A model generated the notes under the pieces. That model saw only the letters and a program-made list of their open reading frames with translations, ran no database searches and was not told the DNA's origin. From Haliotis cracherodii (lineage: Eukaryota): a stretch of 64,000 nucleotides of DNA. Positions 23,828 through 36,000 of this stretch are shown in pieces; position 1 is the first letter of the stretch, and each line of letters opens with the position of its first letter. The position numbers and the translations under genes are program-made. The stretch lies in the NCBI RefSeq assembly GCF_022045235.1, contig NW_027266266.1:26226001-26290000 (forward strand). Reading direction: 5' to 3'.

Positions 23828-26800
23828 TAACGCACTTATCCAGGTATTAGTATCAACTCAAATGCGGTTTATTTGTTCCCCGACCAGTGGATTCTGTTGC
23901 ATTTCAGTTATCATTCTCAACTTCCTGGAGAGTAAACAGCTCCAACTGCCTGCGGCTAGATGGCTTTTACATCCACCTCACATATCGGGTACCCTTTTCC
24001 CACTGGGTGAACAGGGGTACATTTTGAACTACGTCACTTGCCCAGAGTGACACGTTTTGACACTGGTGTTTCTGGTGTGTGAACTATTTGTGTTTCCACT
24101 GTCTGGTCATCTGTCATCGGACGAGTGGGTTCTTGTGAATGCACAGGTGAATATACTGACCACTAGGGGTAGTGGCAACACTGTAAAGACCTGTAAGTGC
24201 TGGTTCATAGGCTGAATAACAACCCCGTCGCTAGCGGGATACGATCTCAGCACCTGGCGCTTCTGACAGCTTGTCCACTCCGCCGCAGACATGCATATGT
24301 ATGTACCATGTTATAACACGTTAGTAGGTGTATCAATAATGGATTAGGCATTTGTCCTGTGTCAAAGACTGCGTAAAATTTATAATACAGATAATGGCGT
24401 TTAAGACTACGTTCAAGTCAACGTTATCGAGGTCAGTTTAGACGTACACCGGACAGGCGGTATAAAGTTTTACTACAGCAATAATCAGACTTTTGAGAAA
24501 GCTGCCAGTGTCTGTACACATGCTATCTGCTCTCTACTGTAGCAGAGACAACGTTATTCATAACTTTTCGTCCGTTCACAGGAAGATCTGAAGCCTGTCT
24601 CTCCCCGTGCTGGTGATGTTGCACTGAGCAGCCTTCGTCTCCGTCTGATGTGTATCCCGTCTGTTATAAACATGTACCAGTGAAATGTTGTAATAAAATC
24701 CTACTCTGAACGTGAAGCCCTGTTGTGCTCCTTTCTAGCTTTGATGTAATTATCACTTGAGTGAGTCTGTTATTTAATGCGGAACAATAATCGACTCTGG
24801 ACCTGACAATCCAATGATTGATGTCATGAGCATCTATCCACGCAATTGGGATACGATATGACATGCATCAACGAGCTTGACCACCCGATCCCAGGAGTAG
24901 CTTCTTACAGCAAGCAGGTAGGACATAAGACCTAGTCCTTTGCTGATCTTCACGGGTCTAAAGCAGCTTTTGACAGTATGTCGTTTGTTAGCATAGTGTG
25001 GGATGCAGTCACTGGACGATTATAGTTTTAGTTTTAGTGAAAGCCACGTGCAAGGGTATGGTACTGACAAAGCACGAAACATACTCTGAGCAAAACTGGG
25101 ATTCGAACCCATGGTCATGAGATTTGGACAAGCCAAAGGTGTCAAGTGAGTGAGTGAGTATGGTTTAATGCCGCTTTTAGAAATATTCCAGTAATATAAC
25201 GACAGGGGACACCAGAAATGGGCTTCACACATTGTACAACTCAAAACATTAAATAACAAAAAATATTTTGTGGATCACATATTTATCAACGCACCAAACT
25301 GAAATATATACACACAAATACCCATGTCGCAGGAAATGTCAGGATCGAGCGTCAACTGGCCTTGACAAATTCCACAAGTACTATTACATCTGGACCTAAC
25401 CTTGGAATTGGTGTCCTTTCAGATTTTTTACATAAACAAATGTCAATTCTCAATTTTCGTATGTTTCACACAGGTGTTCACCAGCGTACTGGCATGTGAT
25501 GTCATGGTTACCAGTTAAACCAATCGGATCTTACTTTCCGCTGCATGAGGTTTTTTGTGTGCCTTAATTCCATGAATGAAACAGAAGTGAGGTATATAGA
25601 ACAACTGCGCCAGTTCATGTCAAATTAATTCCAGAATGCTGGTGGGAATTCATATAAAACAGAGATAAATATGAGCTTAGACACAAAACATTGCCTTTTC
25701 CTCTAAGTTCCCGTACTCTGTCCATGCTATTTGGATAATCTTGGTTTGTGACGAGCATTATATATATAGGTCAACTGTAGAGGTCACAAAAACAACACAA
25801 CTGTAAGTGTTCAAACTTACATGGTTCATGAGTTATGTGTAAAATTATGTGTATATATAGATATACACATGTGTCTTATAAACATGGTTTCCTTTAATTG
25901 AAGACAATTAGGAAAAATTAAGGCCACAGAGATAGGTTTATTTTCATTTTTGATTGCTTGGTAAATGTGACATAGATTTCCTAGAATAACAACTTTTAAA
26001 AGGCCCTGATTCCTAGTTTAGTTATATATTATTTCACAATAATTGTTGATTTTGCTAATGAATCAAAGCAATATAGATCTGCCCATTGCTGTAGCACCAT
26101 ATTACATTTGTTGTGATAAATCAGCTTGTTCATGCAGAGTTATTTAAATGTAAACTCTACAGAAGAAGTAGATTAAAGTTTTTTTCTTACATAGACTGAC
26201 AACTGTATAAGTGCAGATCAAAGAGCATGTATAAAGAACACTTTATCTGATGAGTGTGTATTACAACGGCACAACCTATGATGATTGCTAGAAAGTTGGC
26301 ATTATACATTAGTTCATACTACAGTATACCCATTTATTGCTGGGTGAGCAGAGGCACATTGTTTTAATGAAGTCCCTTGCCAAAGGAGACAGCACCTCTC
26401 TGACAGGTTCCCATGGCGCCCCAATATTTGGCAATAAAACAACAATATCACAGCATGCTGTACATACAGTGGTCAGTGGTGTGACCAAAAGTTTACGTAT
26501 GATGATACAAATTCAATATCTGACAACTGAGAAAATGATCCTTGAATGTGTCATGTACAACACATGGATAACAAGGACCTTATAGTTTCACTATAATTGA
26601 CATACTTTTAACAACAGCAACAAATATGTAACAAATCAGCATAAACAATTTTACATACAATTTAATTAGTTCATGAATTGATATAATTATTTCATTAATT
26701 TGACACTTCACTTTAGAGCACTTGTACTTCCCACACTTCTGGTGCTGAATCCTAGACTAGACTGCATAAGTCTAGAATGTAGGTCCTCAAACATATTACA

Positions 26801-27061
26801 CCCAAGATATTTTCCGACAATATTTTCATCACATCTATATATACAGTTCTTGTTGAGACCCCTTTTCCTCAAGATCTTGGGACTGACCACAGAATCCATC
26901 AAGCCAAGTGGAGTTTCAAGTATGACATTCAGTCGATCAGCAACTCCTTCACAGCCACCTTTGAAGCTGCAGTCTTTTCCAAGCTTGATGGTTCCCATAG
27001 GTCTCAAACCCAAGATTATGTAGCAGTATGTGAAATGTCAGTATTGCACGTGTCCAGGGAG

Positions 27062-27097
27062 CTAGCTAATCTTCACCTTCTGTAGGTTGAGCCACAT
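27062..27097 (-). CDS. BRIP1: FANCJ last coding exon: [11 protein letters not shown]
   Basis: tttcag acceptor, phase 0, TAG stop. Confidence 0.72.
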   Translation of the reverse strand: MWLNLQKVKIS

Positions 27098-30000
27098 CTG
27101 AAACATAGACAGAACTTATAAATTCACTGCAATTGGTGCTTCTGTGCAAGTCATGCAAACAACTGAAATACATGTACCATAAACAAATTTGAAACATCAC
27201 AAACTAATGAACCAACCTGCCCCCTCTGGTACTGGGAGTCTGTTGAGAGAAGTACACGACACCCGAGGACGTCCCGACAGTCAGGCTGACCGCCACACTT
27301 GTTACAGTGGAGAAACTGGACAACTACTCCAGCCTCAGCATCACAGTGGCTGTCCAACGTCACACCTGTAACAGCATGATGGTGACGAGTGTGATACAGG
27401 TGTAACTTATACAACAGTCAACCTACTGGCAGGCAGGGCCAGTTGTGTTTCAATGGAGCGAAAGTGAGTGTTTTGTTTGTTTGTTTGTTTGTTGTTTATC
27501 ATGTAAATAATCAAGACTGGACAAGACAATCCAAGGATTGATAGTATGTTCACTGATCCACGCAATAGGGATACAATGAAAAAATGGATCAACCAAGTCA
27601 CCCGATCCCGTTAGTGGCCTCTTACAACAAGCATAGTTACAAGCATCGGTTGCTGAAGACCTATTCTCCCCACAATCTTCACAGGTCGAAGGTGAGTGAG
27701 AGGGATCACAAAAGTGGTGGTGAGGTGAGGTGAAATTGGGTTTAATGTCACATCCAAGATTATTGCACTTATATAGCGACAAAATATCCTGACCACATCC
27801 TCCTCATACTCTGTAGCATTAGAAATTAATACAAACCTGCTAGCACATGGCTATTAAAATTGTCTATGGGAATGTAGAGAGTAATTTTATAACTTTGAAT
27901 AATTTTGGTAGTTTTACCTATATATTATTCTGATCCAAAATATAAATACGTTCAAGCTATTTCTCTCATATTTTCTATTATGGCTTTTGGTTCAGGTTGG
28001 TTCTGATGAGTGTCCTGGAGTGCTATCCCAAGAGGTCAACAAAGCTGTCCATGCCTGGCACTGCTGGGCTACCTGAGTGGTGAGTGAGTTATTGAACATC
28101 ACAGCCATGTTTCAGCCATATCGTGATGAGGCTATCTGAGGATGTCACTTATGATACCACTCACCATTTTGGAGTACAGCGGAGGAGGCCTGCAGAGAGT
28201 CCCCCAGCTGCTGCGCTGGTAGGTACACCACATCCGGGACACCTGTACCTCCAGGCCATTTCATGAAACATGGCACTCTTTTCCACTTTTCATAATCTGC
28301 AAACAGAAAAATTAAATATATTAATGACACATTTCAAAGAATATTATTTTCTGACTTTCATACCATGCTGAAACGCGGATTAATGTCACATTCAAGGTGT
28401 TTAGCTTAAACAGCAATATGCATGCAACTGTGTGTGTGACTGTTTATACTAGTCCGGACTTATTCCAGTTTTATAGTGCTAGCCCACTGAGATGTGACAT
28501 GGATAGCCCACTCGGATACTGACACCGAGCCGACCAGTCCTTCTTTTATCCCTTCAATGCCGAGACAGGGTAACAGAAAGTATCATCTTTTAATGTTGTT
28601 TAGTGTATGTCGCAGCCAGGGAATCCAACCACCGACCTTCCACTCCCCGGGCAGACGCTCTATCCACTACACCACGGAGGCAGCCAGGGGATCCAACCAC
28701 CGACCTTTCCCTCCCCAGGCAGACTCTCTATCCACTACACCACGGAGGCAGCCAGGGGATCCAACCACCGACCTTCATCTCCCCGGACAGACACTCTATC
28801 CACTACACCACGGAGGCAGCCAGGGGATCCAACCACCGACCTTCCACTCCCCAGACAGACACTCTATCCACTACACCATGGAGGCAGCCAGGGGATCCAA
28901 CCACCGACCTTCCACTCCCCAGACAGACACTCTATCCACTACACCACGGAGGCAGCCAGGGGATCCAACCACCGACCTTCCACTCCCCGGGCAGACACTC
29001 TATCCACTACACCACGGAGGCAGCCAGGGGATCCAACCACCGACCTTCCACTCCCCAGACAGACGCTCTATCCACTACACCACGGAGGCAGCCAGGGGAT
29101 CCAACCACCGACCTTCCACTCCCCGGGCAGACACTCTATCCACTACACCACGGAGGCAGCCAGGGGATCCAACCACCGACCTTCCACTCCCCAGACAGAC
29201 ACTCTATCCACTACACCATGGAGGCAGCCAGGGGATCCAACCACCGACCTTCCACTCCCCAGACAGACACTCTATCCACTACACCATGGAGGCAGCCAGG
29301 GGATCCAACCACCGACCTTCCACTCCCCGGGCAGACACTCTATCCACTACACCACGGAGGCAGCCAGGGGATCCAACCACCGACCTTCCACTCCCCGGGC
29401 AGACACTCTATCCACTACACCACGGAGGCAGCCAGGGGATCCAACCACCGACCTTCCACTCCCCGGGCAGACACTCTATCCACTACACCACGGAGGCAGC
29501 CAGGGGATCCAACCACCGACCTTCCACTCCCCAGACAGACACTCTATCCACTACACCACGGAGGCAGCCAGGGGATCCAACCACCGACCTTCCACTCCCC
29601 GGGCAGACACTCTATCCACTACACCACGGAGGCAGCCAGGGGATCCAACCACCGACCTTCAACTCCCCAGGCAGACACTCTATCCACTACACCACGGAGG
29701 CAGCCAGGGGATCCAACCACCGACCTTCATCTCCCCGGACAGACACTCTATCCACTACACCACGGAGGCAGCCAGGGGATCCAACCACCGACCTTCAACT
29801 CCCCGGACAGACACTCTATCCACTACACCACGGAGGCAGCCAGGGGATCCAACCACCGACCTTCCACTCCCCGGGCAGACACTCTATCCACTACACCACG
29901 GAGGCAGCCAGGGGATCCAACCACCGACCTTCCACTCCCCAGACAGACACTCTATCCACTACACCACGGAGGCAACCAGGGGATCCAACCACCGACCTTC

Positions 30001-33000
30001 CACTCCCCAGACAGACACTCTATCCACTACACCACGGAGGCAGCCAGGGGATCCAACCACCGACCTTCCACTCCCCGGACAGACACTCTATCCACTACAC
30101 CACAGAGGCAGCCAGGGGATCCAACCACCGACCTTCCACTCCCCGGACAGACACTCTATCCACTACACCACGGAGGCAACCAGGGGATCCAACCACCGAC
30201 CTTCCCCTCCCCGGACAGACACTCTATCCACTACACCACGGAGGCAGCCAGGGGATCCAACCACCGACCTTCCCCTCCCCGGACAGACACTCTATCCACT
30301 ACACCACGGAGGCAGCCAGGGGATCCAACCACCGACCTTCCACTCCCCGGACAGACACTATCCACTACACCACGGAGGCAGCCAGGGGATCCAACCACCG
30401 ACCTTCCACTCCCCAGGCAGACACTCTATCCACTACACCACGGAGGCAGCCAGGGGATCCAACCACCGACCTTCCACTCCCCGGACAGACACTATCCACT
30501 ACACCACGGAGGCAGCCAGGGGATCCAACCACCGACCTTCAACTCCCCAGGCAGACACTCTATCCACTACACCACGGAGGCAGCCAGGGGATCCAACCAC
30601 CGACCTTCAACTCCCCAGGCAGACACTCTATCCACTACACCACGGAGGCAGCCAGGGGATCCAACCACCGACCTTCAACTCCCCGGGCAGACACTCTATC
30701 CACTACACCACGGAGGCAGCCAGGGGATCCAACCACCGACCTTCAACTCCCCAGGCAGACACTCTATCCACTACACCACGGAGGCAGCCAGGGGATCCAA
30801 CCTCCGACCTTCCACTCCCCAGACAGACACTCTATCCACTACACCACGGAGGCAGCCAGGGGATCCAACCACCGACCTTCCACTCCCCAGACAGACACTC
30901 TATCCACTACACCACGGAGGCAGCCAGGGGATCCAACCACTGACCTTCCACTCCCCAGGCAGACACTCTATCCACTACACCACGGAGGCAAGTCAATTCA
31001 AATTTAGCAAATACATCTTTGTGCAGACCTCCTTCAGGCAGAGTGTCAGTTTGCAGTAAAATCTGCCGACTAATACACTGCGACAAGGCAGATACTAACC
31101 CTTGACTCCATCAAGAAGAACACAGCCACATTCACTGCAAGTGATCTGTTTAGATATCTGCAACATAATAGATATACTTTCAGGAAAAACAAACTTTCCA
31201 ATACTGAAAAGTACCGTAATACAAGTTCACGTATCTGGCAATGATATATTGTTAGGTTACTGAACATAGTTGGTTCTTTCTATCTTCTGTTGCTCTGTCG
31301 AGACTGAAACAAAACTGTAATAATTTGTTCAACAGTCTAAAGAAAAAAAAAGGCCATCTAGGATTCCCAAGTAATAACCCTTGGCATGCAAATAAAGAAG
31401 AGAAATTCATTTGGGAATTGCTTAAACTTCTTATTTAATGTCAGAGACATCTTAACATTAACTCCTCGTCTTCTTCAATGGTCCTTTTATCAGTGAAATA
31501 CACCTCGACCAAGCCATCACAACAGTGATCACAACTGTGTTTACATGAACTGTTTTACGTTCCATTTGCTGCAGACTTTGGGCTGAATATTGGCCTCTGA
31601 ACAGGTCTAGATAATCCCTGTTATATTAGCATGATATATTGGCAATTTAATGATTTGTTTTGTATTTTCACTCATATTCAAATATTACAACTGCAGACAT
31701 ATTGGGACATGCCTGGCAACAAAGTGCAGGCAAACACTTTTTCAAGAAAATGTCAAACTTAACAGCAATTTAGCCTGTATCAACCTTGGCCTTGAAAAGC
31801 ATGTTACCAACATGATCAAAGTGGTAGGTGTTTCATTTTTGTCTTAAATTATGAAAAATCATGCAGGATGCAAGATACCATGAAAAAATATGCTTTTCAA
31901 GGGAATCCCATCAATACCATGTAGATAACATTAGTCTTCATGATGCACAACAGCTGTCAAAAGCCTGATAGAATTGCCTTTTATATGAGACTATTAGCAT
32001 GGCTATATAAAAACGTACCTGATAGCCATCTTCTTGAACCTCATCTAGGAAGTCTATTCCCCTGGACCGTTTGGACCCTGGCTTGGCAGTACCATCAGAC
32101 TTGCGTTTCTTCTGTCTGCTACTCCGTCGCTTGACCATCAAACCTTCAAGGTCATCAATATCACATGTATCTTCCTTGCCGCCATGTTTCTCTTTAACAT
32201 GGTTCTCGAGAGTCTCTTTACAGTCAACAGAGCTCCCTTCTACACAACTTCTACTCTTTCGTTTAAAAAGTGGTTTCTTGGTAGCAGTCTCGTGTTGTTC
32301 TGAAAAACTACTGAGAGGATCCGAGTTTCCATCAAACAAAAGAGGACTTGTGCTTTTAGCAGCATCACTGACCAGGGGTTCTGTTTCAGGTGGGTTGGTG
32401 CCACTGTCTTGACCATCGTCCACCGATTGGTCTAAACGCTCACAACCCAGACTGTCCCTCCTAGGAACATGACAGAATTTGAAGAAGCGGTTCGATTTCA
32501 TATCTTTCTCCAGATTCTGATTAAACGACCCAAGTTCCTGTTTAACCACATTTGTGTTAGTGATCGCTGAATCTGACAAATGACTTTCTATACCGTTCTC
32601 ATTTAGAGTTGTATCCCCTCTCTTGTTTTGAGTATCTGTCCCCTTGTATTCAAATTTGAAAACAATTTTGGTTTGTTTTACATTGTGCCCAGACCCTGGG
32701 TTAGCTGGGGACACCATCATCTTCTTGCCAAGGTCACCTAGTTGAGGCCTGAGAGAAGGCTTGTCATCACCTTTACCAGGCGTTTCATTCAATGTCATAA
32801 CCTTCTGACCAGAAACAATATTGTTCACAATATTCTGTTTCCCCGTCTGTGAAGCCACACCAACATTCTGCTCCAAACACATTTTTCCAGAATGTCCAAT
32901 TACTTTGACATCTGCCTCTGTCTTTGGCCTTCTGGCTTCAGTTTTGATGCCAAGGTCAGGGGTGAGATATATTGGTGAGTGAGAAGTCATGTGACCATAT

Positions 33001-36000
33001 ATGGAGGTGTCTCCCTTGTGCACGGACACGGAAGGGGGCGTGATGTTTGCCTTGTCTTGCAGTGGGGTCCGGGGTACCGCCTCATTGACAGACTGGGTAC
33101 AAGGTGTGCTTGAAATAAATGATGCTTCAGCTCTGAAACAAGGACCATTAACATTGATACAGTGACAACTCACTTCTGGCAGATGCAAATCACACTTTTT
33201 GTACAATATATATATAAGAATTGCTTTAACATGTACAATCATTCATGTATCTAAAAATTGATTTTGGGTTGGAATGATTGTGGCTGTTTTATTAACATCA
33301 GAACATACAATTTTACGTTCAATTTTTTCATGATAGTATTATTATTATATACCACACTTATCCAGGTACAAGTATCTGCTCAAATGCGGTTCATTTGTTC
33401 TCCAACCAGTGGATCAGGTTGCATTCCAGTTATCATTTTCAACTTCCTTGGGAGTATACAAACCAAGCTGTTTTTACATGTACCTCACATGTTGGGTACC
33501 CATTATATATTCAGTAATCACTTTAGTTGTACAAATTATGAAATCTCAATAATATTTGTAGAAACTGCATTTCCCTGCTTAATATCCCATTCATTTTGGC
33601 GCATGAGGTTTTTTCTTCCTTACAGACTATTTTCCAGGGTAGTCCCTGAATACTTTTGAAAACTTGAATTTAAAAAAAACAAAACGAAACTTTTAACTGG
33701 TATGCAAATGTGTTAAAGTTAGTCTTACAAATACAGTCTAATAACATATAGCAAGCACTGCATAGGGCATCAAAGACATCAACGTTCAGCATGTATTTGT
33801 GACTTACTCCTGGTTCTCCATGGTCTCGATCCTGAGTTTGGTGAAGCAGGACAGCGAGTCCATGGCGGAGTTGAACGTGTTGTATGACACTGCCTTGTTC
33901 CTCACCCACTTGGATAAACCTGGACGTCAAACACAATATACCAGTGAAGTTAAACCTCATCTGCTATGTCACTACAGTTACACTAACATCATTCTGTTCA
34001 TACTCCAAAATAATAACAAAAGTAAATCAAACATTTAAAACACTGGATAGGCAAAAGTTTGTTCTCCTTCAGCACTTGTGTCACACTTGTTATGAAAAAA
34101 AGTGGTTGAGAATAAGGAAACAAATTTCCGTGTTCTACAAAGTGATCATAGCACTTCCACTGTCACATCCTGTGTTAAGGTATTGGGACTACAACCTACA
34201 TGAACTGTCATAAGCAATGTGAAACATATGATCCAACTATCAATGCTTTACAACTGTTTATATTGGAATTACCTGTACACTGAGACAAGTCACAAGAAGA
34301 TTGTGTAAATCTACCTGTGTGGTATTTCTGTGGTATTATCTAAACATTGAGACAAGTCACCAGAAGAATGTGTAAACCTACCTTTGTGGTATTTCTGGGG
34401 GTTCTTCACAAATCTCTCATCTACAATAATCAGAGCTCCCCAGTCTCGTCTGGAACAATAAACAAATTCTGGAGACTTCCATTTCAGATCTATACAAAGA
34501 TTATTTCATTGCAACATAAACATTGCCGACCAGTTTCTGATACACTTGCCAATGCCGACCAATTTCTGATACACCTGCCAATGCCGACCTGTGTCTGATA
34601 CACCTGCCTATGCCAACCTGTGTCTGATACACCTGCCAATGCCGACCTGTGTCTGATACACCTGCCAATGCCGACCTGTGTCTGATACACCTGCCAATGC
34701 CTACCTGTGTCTGATACACCTGCCAATGCCTACCTGTGTCTGATACACCTGCCAATGCCTACCTGTGTCTGATACACTTGCCAATGCCGACCTGTGTCTG
34801 ATACAACTGCCAATGCCTACCTGTGTCTGATCACCTGCCAATGCCTACGTGTGTCTGATACACCTGCCAATGCCTACCTGTGTCTGATACACCTACCAAT
34901 GCCTACGTGTGTCTGATACACCTGCCAATGCCTACCTGTCTCTGATACACCTGCCAATGCCTACCTGTGTCTGATACACCTGCCAAGTGCTTGGTTGAGC
35001 GCCCGAAATGCCTGGATCTCGTACCAGTCACTCCCAGACAGAAGACCTCGAGCTGCTTTATGCTTGTCATTATACTTCCTCTTCAAGTCAACCTGATATC
35101 ATTGAAGATAAAACATCAAACATCAAACAACCCCACAACAATTTACTTTTTATTTATTTGAGAGATAATAACATCTTTACAGCAGATGCCTACACTACAC
35201 TACACTACATAGCAAATCAAAACATGAGAGGAGTCGGAGTAACTACCTTACCTCCAGTTTCATTTTTAGTGTCTTTCATCATGTTCATATTAAAAGGTTT
35301 AACAACATACAGTCAATTAAGGATTGACTGTGTACTTTTTTCAGCTCATTGAGGTATGGATAAAAAAAACTGATGCGCAAACTGTATGAATCCACATAGC
35401 GTTTTTTGAATGGGGAGAAAAATCCCCAAACATTGCAAGCTGTGTACATTTACCGAACTTTTGAAACTCACAAGCATGGGAATGGAGCTGACTGACCAAA
35501 GATATGTATCAGGGCGAATCTGGGATTCAAACCCAACATCAGCAGATCCTGACACAGCCAAGGGATGAAACTGTGCATAACTAATTGCATCATAAGATGA
35601 CTTATGATTTCGTAAAAATACCAGTGTCCTAGAGGGAGTGTTCCGACGTACCTGGATGTCCTTGAAGTTTGGGTATGGTATGCCCACCTGCAACCCAATG
35701 TACTACCAGTCAGGCAACACTTCATCACTTAGGTAGTGGATGTGGCCACCCAAAATATCACTCATATTGAAGAGCATAAATAAGTCTTTTTTTTCTGACA
35801 TCCAAGTCTGTTTAACAAATATATTTATAAAAAAATCAAATCAAAATAGATAACTTTTCATTTTACTTTATGTTACTCAACAAAACAGTTTTAAAACATT
35901 TGGCACTCAGATTTAGGGTAATATGATCAGTGAATATAAATAAGAGGCCTGAGTTCTATTTCATGCAGAAAGTAGCAGTACTGACTTTAGTATGAGAAGC

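Larger units (their letters stand above)
18900..25150 (+). repeat. Segmental duplicate of about 1100-5330 (orphan gene plus flanks), with independent TE insertions
   Basis: Colinear blocks, e.g. gagaccagttttatcaacaccagaacat (about 4507/23750) and tgtctgtacacatgctatct (about 4731/24509). Confidence 0.85.

Noticed and set aside
26700-27023. Overlapping ~100-aa ORFs downstream of the FANCJ stop
   Set aside because: No recognisable motifs or splice support; probably 3'UTR.
28494-31059. Three long ORFs (778-837 aa) on the plus strand
   Set aside because: They arise from a stop-free 68-bp repeat open in all three frames. The unit is a SINE head and lies antisense within a FANCJ intron.
31250-31600. 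Additional FANCJ exon candidates after exon 24
   Set aside because: The acceptor-like sites give in-frame stops in phase 0, whereas exon 31100-31157 joins cleanly.
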